From the NCBI GenBank assembly GCA_964535545.1, contig CAZHUT010000002.1, positions 1 through 40,313 of the forward strand: a stretch of 40,313 bases of DNA, in the 5' to 3' direction. Each line of letters starts with the position of its first letter. The stretch's first letter is position 1. Positions 18,043 to 25,962 of the stretch are shown piece after piece. The notes below the pieces were generated by a model that was not told the DNA's origin, did no database searches, and was given only the letters and a program-made list of their open reading frames with translations. This DNA comes from an uncultured Candidatus Saccharibacteria bacterium (GTDB lineage: Bacteria; Patescibacteriota; Minisyncoccia; Phycocordibacterales; UBA9973). The position numbers and the translations under genes are program-made.

Positions 18043-19377
18043 ATGAAAACCAATTTTATCCTTCTGTTTGCCTTTTTGGCATCTTTCTGCAACTCATCAG
18101 CGCAAGCTGGTGCTACCGGGCCTAAATTGTTTCACCCCTACATGAACCTGAACGTGTCTTCAAATGTGACCACACCAATGGGCACTTCGAAGGTACTGAA
18201 TGGTGACCTGTACGTTACCGGGGTCTTTACCAGTATTAACGCACAATACTTTAATGGCCAAACCATTGGTTATAACGGTATTATACGTTTTCCGAACTGT
18301 GACCTTAGAAACCCTCAACCGGTTGCCGGTGGTGGTATCAGTTCTCCCTCTGAAAAGGGAGTGCACGATATAGAATGGGCACAAGGTACAGAGTGGGTAG
18401 TTGCTGATGACTATAGCAACGACAAGCTGTTCAAGCATGAAGCTAACGCCTGGATTCCGCAAGGGGTAACAGTAGATAGCGGCAAAACTATCCGTTTCAG
18501 CCCAAAAATTAGCGATTCTACGCTTTTATTACTGGGCACAATGGAATACTGCAAAAATGTGCACGTGAACAACGGCTGTATTTATAATCTTAATACTGGC
18601 AGCGTAACACCGCTTCCTGGTGGAGGTTTTGGTACCTACAACACGCCTTGGCACGTATACCGCAACGGCAATATGCTGTACATCGGTACAGAAAGTGGCA
18701 TAGCTACCTACAACACAACTACTGGTGCATTCAATAAAACAGTTATTGGCAGTCCTTCTGGCCGCTTTGTTGGCCATGGTGACACACTGTATGTTGTAGT
18801 TATGTCCGATCTGGGCAATGGAGCTGCTGACGTTTTATACCGCAAAATCGGCAATTCGCCTTTTGAAATGATGTGTTTCGCAGAGTTTAATACTATTGCA
18901 AACATCAACATTATTGGTGATAAGATTCACATGTACGGTATATATTCTTCAGTATTTACTGCTGATAGTACCCAATATTCCGGTACCGATCTTGCATGGG
19001 ACGAAACCGTAAGTTCGATTGTTCCGTCAGGATTAAGCACCGTTGTTGGTATGATTGACTACATTGAGCTTCCTAATGGTGAATACATGGGGTGGCAAAA
19101 TGGAACTCTTCTAACCACACAATCATTAGTTTCTGGTATTGAAGAAGAAGCAACCTCTGTATTAAAGGTTTACCCAAATCCTGCTACAAGTCTTGTAGTA
19201 GTTGAAGGCCTACCTCTTAACACAACTGTTACTTTGACTGACGTTACTGGCAAATTAATGACTAGCCAGGTAACAACTGGCGATAAAACTGTTTTCATTA
19301 CGAGTGATTTAGCACGCGGAATATACTTCCTTAACGCGCAAGGTCACTTCACTACGCAGAAAATCTTTCTGCAATAA
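18043..19377 (+). CDS. Secreted protein with a T9SS type-A C-terminal sorting domain
   Basis: Signal peptide MKTNFILLFAFLASFCNSSAQA. The C-terminus (nt 19156-19374) VLKVYPNPATSLVVVEGLPLNTTVTLTDVTGKLMTSQ...LARGIYFLNAQGHFTTQKIFLQ fits the Por_Secre_tail/TIGR04183 pattern. Confidence 0.85.
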   Translation: MKTNFILLFAFLASFCNSSAQAGATGPKLFHPYMNLNVSSNVTTPMGTSKVLNGDLYVTGVFTSINAQYFNGQTIGYNGIIRFPNCDLRNPQPVAGGGISSPSEKGVHDIEWAQGTEWVVADDYSNDKLFKHEANAWIPQGVTVDSGKTIRFSPKISDSTLLLLGTMEYCKNVHVNNGCIYNLNTGSVTPLPGGGFGTYNTPWHVYRNGNMLYIGTESGIATYNTTTGAFNKTVIGSPSGRFVGHGDTLYVVVMSDLGNGAADVLYRKIGNSPFEMMCFAEFNTIANINIIGDKIHMYGIYSSVFTADSTQYSGTDLAWDETVSSIVPSGLSTVVGMIDYIELPNGEYMGWQNGTLLTTQSLVSGIEEEATSVLKVYPNPATSLVVVEGLPLNTTVTLTDVTGKLMTSQVTTGDKTVFITSDLARGIYFLNAQGHFTTQKIFLQ

Positions 19378-19405
19378 ACTATATTGATTTTTCACATTTC
19401 ATACG

Positions 19406-19437
19406 GCGTGCTCTTACCAAAGAGTGCGCTTTTTTTT
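19406..19437 (+). terminator. Intrinsic terminator after the T9SS-CTD gene
   Basis: 10-bp stem GCGTGCTCTT/AAGAGTGCGC (two wobbles) followed by T8. Confidence 0.7.
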
Positions 19438-19456
19438 GATTATTAGGCTTGCAAAC

Positions 19457-19490
19457 TAAAATGCCCGGCGCCGTAGGCGCCGGGCATTTT
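19457..19490. terminator. Hairpin terminator for the 19500-20963 gene
   Basis: ATGCCCGGCGCC-GTA-GGCGCCGGGCAT flanked by A- and T-runs. Confidence 0.8.
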
Positions 19491-19499
19491 CAAATTTAC

Positions 19500-20963
19500 T
19501 TACTGATACTGTGTCCAAACTTCTGCACCTTCGTCTGGATCACTCTGATTGCTTGTGGTTACAAATCCATGAGCGGCACCTCGTCCGTTTACTGTATTCT
19601 TACTTCCATGAACCAAGAAGTAGCTTCCGCCCGTCACTGAAGTACGGACACACTCTCCGTTAATGTATGAGACTACGCCATTCTTGAGCATTTTGACGCG
19701 GAATGTGTGATTGCCAAGCCATGTTGCACAAGATTGATTGTTAGCACTGAACGAACCCAGTGGTGGAGTTGTCCATCCAGCATCAGGGTTATTGTTACCG
19801 CCAGTTCCTCCTCCCGTACCACCTCCAGAAGAGACATTCGCTGATACAGTGACAGGGGTAATTTTCAAACAAACAACATTGATGCGGAGATCAAGGTGAC
19901 TTGAGTTACCCTGATCACATGCGAGCTGCCATCCGTTAGGGAATCGTCCATAGTTTGCAACTTTATCTGTGCCAGGCAAGTAAGTGTAGTTTGAAGAGTT
20001 ACTAGCATTCTGATCGCTCCAGCCTGGACCTTCAGCATAACCTCCTGGATTACCAAAATCTGAGTGGATTGGCTGTGTAATGCGGATCTTGCCACCTTCA
20101 CAGTCACCGCCTCCTGAGAGTGCTACATATCCTGAAGGACAGTATGCCCATGCATTTTGAACCTCAGATGAGCCATCGTTGTCATAATATCGTCCGAGAA
20201 CTACTACATCGTTACCTGAAAGTGGAACGCCACCAGAAGTACTGAGGTCTGCCCATGCGCCCATACCATTTCCGTTTGTTGAAGCAAACACTTTACCTGA
20301 TCCAGCAGTACCATCGTTTATAGCAACCTTACCATTGAAAGTTGTGCGGACAGTTTCACCGTTACTGTAACCAGGTTCAACAGTCAAACCTGCCTGACCG
20401 CCTCGATTGACCTGAAGAATAGGATCCTGATCCTGAACATCTGTTCTATTGAAGATACCGTTACCAGCATTCAAATTGGTAAATGTACTGAGTACTGAAT
20501 CCCAGAAAGTAAGATTTGGCTTGTTTTGAACAATTCCAATGTGATCTGAGCCAGTATTGCCTACGAGATTGAGTACATCCGTACCACCGCCACCGCCGTA
20601 TGAAAGATCAAGTTTGAGCTGGCCGAAAATATTCGCCTTGCCGTCTGCAATAAAAGTTCCACCACCGTTACCAGTAGGTCCCGCGAGGTTGAAACTCTCT
20701 GCGCCGTAAATTCTATCTGCGCCAAAGAGACCGTGGATAAACAATTTTGCGCCGAGAGATGCGCCATCTTTACCTTGTCCTGTAGCTGAGACATTAATTG
20801 GCGCATCACAACCAGCTACGTTCTGGTTTGTAGGACAACCCGGCGCAGTTGCTGGTGGTGGCGTCCAGTTAGCCGACACGATTGAAACACCGAGACCCAA
20901 TGCAAGGCCGAGGACGATAACCTTGAGTGGCTGAGCGATGTCTTTTGTAAAGTATTTTTTCAT
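19500..20963 (-). CDS. Secreted or membrane-anchored Gly-rich surface protein
   Basis: N-terminal anchor LKVIVLGLALGLGVSIVSA, then NWTPPPATAPGCPTNQNVAGCDAPINVS, followed by Gly/Asn-rich beta-like sequence. Confidence 0.8.
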   Translation of the reverse strand: MKKYFTKDIAQPLKVIVLGLALGLGVSIVSANWTPPPATAPGCPTNQNVAGCDAPINVSATGQGKDGASLGAKLFIHGLFGADRIYGAESFNLAGPTGNGGGTFIADGKANIFGQLKLDLSYGGGGGTDVLNLVGNTGSDHIGIVQNKPNLTFWDSVLSTFTNLNAGNGIFNRTDVQDQDPILQVNRGGQAGLTVEPGYSNGETVRTTFNGKVAINDGTAGSGKVFASTNGNGMGAWADLSTSGGVPLSGNDVVVLGRYYDNDGSSEVQNAWAYCPSGYVALSGGGDCEGGKIRITQPIHSDFGNPGGYAEGPGWSDQNASNSSNYTYLPGTDKVANYGRFPNGWQLACDQGNSSHLDLRINVVCLKITPVTVSANVSSGGGTGGGTGGNNNPDAGWTTPPLGSFSANNQSCATWLGNHTFRVKMLKNGVVSYINGECVRTSVTGGSYFLVHGSKNTVNGRGAAHGFVTTSNQSDPDEGAEVWTQYQ

Positions 20964-21000
20964 AATGAGTTTTTACTACTCTATTAAGTAATAGTGAATC

Positions 21001-21055
21001 TATTGTACCACATACATATATATGTGAAGCTCACTTATTCATAAAATGTGGATAA
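21001..21055 (-). promoter_or_regulatory. TTATCCACA-N34-TGTGGTACAATA promoter architecture (second copy)
   Basis: On the minus strand, the 9-mer (21055-21047), exactly 34 nt, then TGTGGTACAATA (21012-21001). ATG 20963 is 38 nt downstream. Confidence 0.55.
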
Positions 21056-21093
21056 ATCTCCAGCTACCTTTCATTTCCCTCACCACACACTGC

Positions 21094-21255
21094 CCGACTA
21101 ACGCTAATTTACTGGCAGAGCGACTAAGTCACTTGCTTCAGATGGTCTACAAGCTGCTCAGGGCGCTCTCCGATAACCCTAGTTCCAAATTGCCAACTTA
21201 AGCTAATTTTGCTATAGTAACCCCGTTAGTCGGTCGGTTTCGCCCGACTCTTTTT
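21094..21255 (+). promoter_or_regulatory. Structured leader or small RNA upstream of nusA with mutually exclusive helices and a terminator-like hairpin
   Basis: CCGACTAACG (21094-21103) is perfectly complementary to CGTTAGTCGG (21224-21233). AGTCGG (21228-21233) also pairs with CCGACT (21244-21249), followed by T5. An inner helix is 21114-21122/21164-21171. A TTGCCA-N17-TATAGT promoter lies inside at 21190-21218. Confidence 0.45.
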
Positions 21256-21281
21256 ATTAAAACTTAATAGAGAACCTATAT

Positions 21282-22514
21282 ATGTTAGATCTCAAAACAA
21301 TGCATTCAGCCCTCACTCAGCTTGAGGAGGAACGCAAAATACCAAAAGCCAAGATCCTCGAGGCCATTGAACAGGCCCTCGCAGCGGCGTACAAGAAAGA
21401 CTACGGCAAGCGTGGTCAGATTGTTCGTGCCCGCTTCAATGAGGAAACAGGCACAACAGACTTTTACCAGGTAAAAGTTGTCGTTGACCCAGCAGAAGTC
21501 CGCATGCCAGTAGATGGCGAGGAAGAAGCTCCTGCAGAAGAACCAGTCGAGGGTGATGAACGTGTCCGCTTCAACGAAGAACACCATATCCTCGTCGATG
21601 ACGCTCAGCTCATCAAAAAAGGCGCGAAGCCAGGTGATGAATTGATTTTCCCTCTCGAAACACAGGATGACTTCGGCCGCATTGCCGCACAGACAGCAAA
21701 ACAAGTCATCATCCAGAAAATCCGCGAAGCGGAACGCGAAGGCGTACTCGCAGAATTCGGCGGACATGAAGGCGATATCGTCTCAGGTGTCGTACAGAAA
21801 TTCGAACGCGGCATTCTCTATGTAGATATCAATCGTGTAACCGGTATCATCCCTTACGAAGAACAGATTCCAAATGAACGCTGGAACCGCGGTGAACGCA
21901 TCAAAGCATACCTCTATCAGGTAGAAGACACACCACGAGGCGTATCTGTGAAACTTTCACGTACGCATCCTAAATTGATCGAAGCTTTGTTTGCTATCGA
22001 AGCTCCAGAAGTTGCTTCAGGTACAGTCGAGATCAAATCAATTGCTCGCGAAGCAGGCTCACGATCAAAGATCGCAGTTTGGTCAAATGACGAACATGTA
22101 GATCCAGTCGGATCATGCGTCGGACAGAAAGGTATTCGAGTTACGACAGTGATGAGTGAACTCGGAAACGAAAAGATTGATATTATTGAATGGTCACCAG
22201 ATGTTGCGACATATGTTGCAAAGTCGCTCTCACCAGTAAAAGCCCAGAATATTCTTTCAGTTGCAGTTGACGAAGCAGAACACAAGGCTTCAGTTGAAGT
22301 TACTGATGATGTCCTCTCACTCGCCATCGGCAAAGGTGGGCAGAATGTTCGTCTCGCTGCAAAGCTCACTGGATGGAGAATTGACATCAAGGGCGTGAAA
22401 TCAGACGAAGTCGTTTCATCAGACGGTGAAACAGTTGAAGTAGATAACGCTGAAACAGGAGAAGTAATCGCAGAAGAGCCAGCAGAAAGTGCTACAATGG
22501 AAGAGACAGAATAA
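21282..22514 (+). CDS. nusA: Transcription termination/antitermination factor NusA
   Basis: N-terminal domain, S1-like GDIVSGVVQKFERGILYVDI, and KH motifs GSCVGQKGIRV and AIGKGGQNVRLA. Confidence 0.93.
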   Translation: MLDLKTMHSALTQLEEERKIPKAKILEAIEQALAAAYKKDYGKRGQIVRARFNEETGTTDFYQVKVVVDPAEVRMPVDGEEEAPAEEPVEGDERVRFNEEHHILVDDAQLIKKGAKPGDELIFPLETQDDFGRIAAQTAKQVIIQKIREAEREGVLAEFGGHEGDIVSGVVQKFERGILYVDINRVTGIIPYEEQIPNERWNRGERIKAYLYQVEDTPRGVSVKLSRTHPKLIEALFAIEAPEVASGTVEIKSIAREAGSRSKIAVWSNDEHVDPVGSCVGQKGIRVTTVMSELGNEKIDIIEWSPDVATYVAKSLSPVKAQNILSVAVDEAEHKASVEVTDDVLSLAIGKGGQNVRLAAKLTGWRIDIKGVKSDEVVSSDGETVEVDNAETGEVIAEEPAESATMEETE

Positions 22515-22538
22515 TTACTCAATTAATTATTTACATCT

Positions 22539-23126
22539 ATGGCAAACATCAATCACAAACCATCGAAGTACATGCTCAATCTCTTGCATGTCCTCCCACC
22601 ATTCGCTGATCAGGAAAAAGGAATCATCAACACTATCGTTGAAGTTTCTGCGGGATCAATTAACAAATACGAATTGATCACCGAATCAGGTCAGCTCAAA
22701 CTCGACCGTGTCGGATACTCATCACTTGCGTATCCATTCACATACGGAGCGATTCCGCTTACCTGGGATTCAGACAATGATCCGCTCGACGTTGAAATCG
22801 TCAATGTCACTGAACCATTGGTTCCGGGTGCACTCGTCGAAGTCCGCGTCATCGGCATCATGAAGTTCGTCGACGGCGGAGAAATCGATGATAAGATCAT
22901 CGGCGTTATCGCAGAAGACAAGCGCAATGACCACATCCAGAGCGTTGAAGATCTCGGTGAATACTTCATCAAGGAAACTAAGTATTACTGGGAAAACTAC
23001 AAGGCGCTCAAGAAGCCAGGTACTGGCATCGTTGAATCATTCCAGGACAAGGACGAGGCTATGAAGATCATTCAAGAAAGTGCAGAGCGTTATCAGAAGG
23101 AATACGCATCTAAACTCGAAGCATAG
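22539..23126 (+). CDS. ppa: Inorganic pyrophosphatase (family I)
   Basis: VEVSAGSINKYE, YPFTYG.IP.T..SDNDPLDV and IDDKIIGV motifs. Confidence 0.9.
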   Translation: MANINHKPSKYMLNLLHVLPPFADQEKGIINTIVEVSAGSINKYELITESGQLKLDRVGYSSLAYPFTYGAIPLTWDSDNDPLDVEIVNVTEPLVPGALVEVRVIGIMKFVDGGEIDDKIIGVIAEDKRNDHIQSVEDLGEYFIKETKYYWENYKALKKPGTGIVESFQDKDEAMKIIQESAERYQKEYASKLEA

Positions 23127-23128
23127 TT

Positions 23129-23329
23129 ATGTCAGTAAACGCCAAATTACCAAAAACAAAAATCAGCGAAGTGCGAGAATTTATTTTCTCCTCATTGATC
23201 ATCGCGGCAGTCCTTGCCGCTGGCATACTCATCTACCGAAACGGCGATGAACTGGCGCTTACTCCCGTTACCGACAATCAAGCTACTGTTATACAGTCAT
23301 TTGATTTTCCGACCAGCGGATCTTACTAA
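23129..23329 (+). CDS. Small single-TM protein (66 aa)
   Basis: ORF begins 2 nt after the ppa stop. One TM helix (FIFSSLIIAAVLAAGILIY). Confidence 0.5.
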   Translation: MSVNAKLPKTKISEVREFIFSSLIIAAVLAAGILIYRNGDELALTPVTDNQATVIQSFDFPTSGSY

Positions 23330-23343
23330 TCAGAAAATATCAT

Positions 23344-24435
23344 ATGTCATACACAGCAACCTACAAAAAAGTTGATGGGGGTGAAGCGGAATTTACTGGT
23401 GAAATCTCAGCAGAAAAATTCGACAGCTATCGCTCTCACGCAATCGAGCATGTCGGCGGCAATCTGGAAATTCCAGGCTTCCGCAAAGGCAAAGCTCCGG
23501 AATCAGTCATTGAAAAGAATGTGCCAGAAATGGCCATCCTTGAAGAAATGGCAAACCATGCAATCATGGATATGTATCCAAAATTGCTCGAGGAACACAA
23601 AGTCGCAGCAATCGGTTCTCCTGCAGTCCAGATCACCAAGATCGCAAAGAACAATCCGCTTGGCTTCGTTATTCGAACAGCAGTCATGCCGGAAGTAAAA
23701 CTTCCTGACTACAAGAAGATCGCCAAGACAGAAAGCAAAATTGAAAACGCGGAAGTGACTGACGAAGAATTCGAAAAAGCATTGCTTGAAATCCGTCAGA
23801 TGCGAGCGCAGGGTATCAAGGAAAATGCTGAACGTCAGGCAAAAGAATCAGGTGAAACTACACCAGTTGAAGAGAAGAAAGAAGGTGAAGCAGCTGAAGT
23901 AAAGCCAGAAGAATTGCCTGAACTCACTGATGAATTCGTAAAGACACTCGGCGATGTTGAAAACGTTGAGGACTTCAAAAAGAAATTCCGAGACAACATG
24001 AAAGCAGAGAAGGAACACCGAGCTCATGAAAAGAATCGTTTGAACATCATGGAAAAGATTCTCGAGAAGACCGAAGCGACCATTCCAAACATTCTCGTTG
24101 AAGCAGAACTTGATCGCATGATGTACCGTATGAAGATGGACATCTCAGGCATGGGTCTCTCATATGATGACTACATGAAGCATCTCGGCAAATCAGAAAA
24201 GGAAATGCGAGACGAACTTCGAGCCGATGCAGAAAAGCGCGTTAAGATGGAACTCTTGATCGCTGAAATCGCAAAGGAAGAAAAAGTAGAACCAAACAAA
24301 GAAGAAGTTGAGAAGCAAGTTACTGAGATCATGGCAACATATCCAGGCGCAGACAAGGAACGAGCGCAGGCATATGTTGAACAGATTCAGATCAACGAAG
24401 CGGTATTCAAACTTTTGGAAGCACCGACAAAGTAA
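23344..24435 (+). CDS. tig: Trigger factor, apparently without the PPIase domain
   Basis: The GFRKGKAP ribosome-binding signature is in the N-domain. An acidic linker replaces the region where the FKBP-type domain normally sits. The C-terminal arm domain is present. Confidence 0.88.
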   Translation: MSYTATYKKVDGGEAEFTGEISAEKFDSYRSHAIEHVGGNLEIPGFRKGKAPESVIEKNVPEMAILEEMANHAIMDMYPKLLEEHKVAAIGSPAVQITKIAKNNPLGFVIRTAVMPEVKLPDYKKIAKTESKIENAEVTDEEFEKALLEIRQMRAQGIKENAERQAKESGETTPVEEKKEGEAAEVKPEELPELTDEFVKTLGDVENVEDFKKKFRDNMKAEKEHRAHEKNRLNIMEKILEKTEATIPNILVEAELDRMMYRMKMDISGMGLSYDDYMKHLGKSEKEMRDELRADAEKRVKMELLIAEIAKEEKVEPNKEEVEKQVTEIMATYPGADKERAQAYVEQIQINEAVFKLLEAPTK

Positions 24436-24461
24436 TCTGCAAGTTACTTTGGAGAGAACAA

Positions 24462-24493
24462 AGCGTGGCGGCCCTACGGGCCGCCACGCTTTT
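24462..24493 (+). terminator. Intrinsic terminator after tig
   Basis: AGCGTGGCGGCCC-TAC-GGGCCGCCACGCT followed by TTTT. Confidence 0.85.
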
Positions 24494-24506
24494 CGTTTAC
24501 CCAAAT

Positions 24507-24548
24507 AAAAAAAGAGAGAGCCGTTGGGTTTCCCACCACGTCTCTCTC
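24507..24548 (-). terminator. Terminator of the 24574-24954 gene
   Basis: GAGAGAG...CTCTCTC stem. The A-run on the plus strand gives a T-run on the minus strand. Confidence 0.65.
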
Positions 24549-24573
24549 AAAGTAAATTTAATACTCGCACTTA

Positions 24574-24954
24574 TTAGAAATCGATAATCACAAATTGGTA
24601 GCCCTGAAAGAATCCCTGGCTGATTTGTGTCTTAATCAAACTACCACCATTATTATCTGCCGGAATGTATGCCTTACTTGTTCCAAGCGTTGTATAGGTG
24701 TAGTGCCCAGTTTGAGCATTGTAGCCGGTGATTTCAATTTTTGTAATTACGATTTGCGCATCGTATGAAGATGGCTGACATGCTGCAGGTACTGAAGTCA
24801 GTGCCCACATTTGTTGACCTACTTGCAAATCAATTACAGATGAATTTGGATAGGTTACTTGTAACACATATCCTCCACCTAACATTTCTTTGCTGCATGA
24901 TTGGATGGCAAATACTGTAATCAATACTGCCATTATTGTGATTATCCGTTTCAT
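24574..24954 (-). CDS. Small lipoprotein-like secreted protein (126 aa)
   Basis: MKRIITIMAVLITVFAIQSC signal with a Cys at the cleavage-like position. It has its own promoter and terminator. Confidence 0.75.
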   Translation of the reverse strand: MKRIITIMAVLITVFAIQSCSKEMLGGGYVLQVTYPNSSVIDLQVGQQMWALTSVPAACQPSSYDAQIVITKIEITGYNAQTGHYTYTTLGTSKAYIPADNNGGSLIKTQISQGFFQGYQFVIIDF

Positions 24955-24957
24955 ATT

Positions 24958-25014
24958 GTTGGTTTACGTTAACTCAGGACTCAAAAACTTAAGTCATGGA
25001 TTAACGCAACCAAC
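24958..25014 (-). promoter_or_regulatory. 5'UTR hairpin abutting the start codon
   Basis: GTTGGTT/AACCAAC (24958-24964 with 25008-25014), CGTTAA/TTAACG (24967-24972 with 25001-25006) and GACT/AGTC around a 10-nt loop CAAAAACTTA. It begins 4 nt from ATG 24954. Confidence 0.5.
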
Positions 25015-25040
25015 TCTCTCAAAGAACTTATTACCAATAT

Positions 25041-25070
25041 ATTATATCACATCTATACCCTATTTGTCAA
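25041..25070 (-). promoter_or_regulatory. Consensus promoter of the 24574-24954 gene
   Basis: On the minus strand, TTGACA (25070-25065), N18, TATAAT (25046-25041). Confidence 0.65.
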
Positions 25071-25104
25071 GGTAAATCCCCTTGCAAAATAAGGGTATTT
25101 TGAC

Positions 25105-25144
25105 AAAAAAAAGAAGCTAGCTGGGATTATCCATACTAGCTTCT
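25105..25144 (-). terminator. Terminator of the 25168-25830 gene
   Basis: AGAAGCTAG...CTAGCTTCT stem preceded by A8 on the plus strand. Confidence 0.7.
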
Positions 25145-25167
25145 GTGAAATTTTTATAGCTATTTGC

Positions 25168-25830
25168 CTATTGGCACATGCTATTTTCATCGATGTAAGA
25201 ATCAACTGCAATGATGTGTTCGCCATACTGGTTGGTACCAGCGATGCGAATGATTACGCGTGTTGCGTGACCGGTTATCGCATCATTATGCATTGAAGCC
25301 CAAGTGGTTTCGCTTAAGTTTACAGCCATAACATCGGACTGAGTTTTCCAGCAAGTGCCTGTATTGATTATTTTGGTAGCGGCCACGGTTTGAACCCATG
25401 TGCTGCCATATAATCCCAGATCGCTTGTGTTAATTACCCAGGTGTTTGAGTTACCGCCAGTTCCTCCTCCATTTGTACCTTGGAAGGTATTGTAGGTATC
25501 GGTGCTTGAAGGGCCGGCGTGATGTGTAACGGTAGGTTCTCCGCCTGGCACACAAACGGTAGTAGAAACAGTATCTGAACGGTGAGTAATATTGGTAATG
25601 CGGAAAATTGAATCTCCGTACACAACATTGGTATTCACTGTATCGTTGGTGTTAACAACAACATTGGTAGTCACACAAGTGGTGTCTACTGAAGTGTTGT
25701 TGTTATTGTTATCCTCTATCTCATGGCAGTGGCCAGTGTGGCAATCCATGTTTTTCTCCTTCTTACAAGAGTTCATGGTTATTGCAAAAAATAAAGCGGC
25801 AACGAAAGCGAAGATGGTTGAAGTTTTCAT
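25168..25830 (-). CDS. Lipoprotein-like secreted protein (220 aa) with an N-terminal Cys/His cluster
   Basis: MKTSTIFAFVAALFFAITMNSC signal, then DCHTGHCHE, poly-Asn and a Thr/Asn/Val-rich body. Confidence 0.75.
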   Translation of the reverse strand: MKTSTIFAFVAALFFAITMNSCKKEKNMDCHTGHCHEIEDNNNNNTSVDTTCVTTNVVVNTNDTVNTNVVYGDSIFRITNITHRSDTVSTTVCVPGGEPTVTHHAGPSSTDTYNTFQGTNGGGTGGNSNTWVINTSDLGLYGSTWVQTVAATKIINTGTCWKTQSDVMAVNLSETTWASMHNDAITGHATRVIIRIAGTNQYGEHIIAVDSYIDENSMCQ

Positions 25831-25852
25831 AACTTAAAGTTTATGTGTTGAT

Positions 25853-25904
25853 TTAATTGTTACTTCGGAGCTCAAAACTGCTCGAGCGCTGAAGTAACAA
25901 TTAA
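25853..25904 (-). promoter_or_regulatory. 5'UTR hairpin (paralogous architecture to 24958-25014)
   Basis: 14-bp stem TTAATTGTTACTTC/GAAGTAACAATTAA (25853-25866 with 25891-25904) and GCTC/GAGC around a 10-nt loop AAAACTGCTC. Confidence 0.5.
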
Positions 25905-25932
25905 CCCAACATTTTCAAGGAATTATCTCACT

Positions 25933-25962
25933 ATTATATCACAACATATACCCTATTGTCAA
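25933..25962 (-). promoter_or_regulatory. Consensus promoter of the 25168-25830 gene
   Basis: On the minus strand, TTGACA (25962-25957), N18, TATAAT (25938-25933). The spacer is nearly identical to that of the 25041-25070 promoter. Confidence 0.65.

Noticed and set aside
4642-20963. Diversity-generating retroelement targets or variable repeats in the large surface proteins.
   Set aside because: No reverse transcriptase is present in the window. I could not find a template/variable repeat pair by eye. The C-termini do not show the CLec-type VR pattern.
6946-21055. The three DnaA boxes as a replication origin.
   Set aside because: They are single boxes 3-11 kb apart. There is no clustered array, no adjacent AT-rich unwinding element, and no dnaA or dnaN nearby. 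Each sits at a fixed position in a promoter instead.
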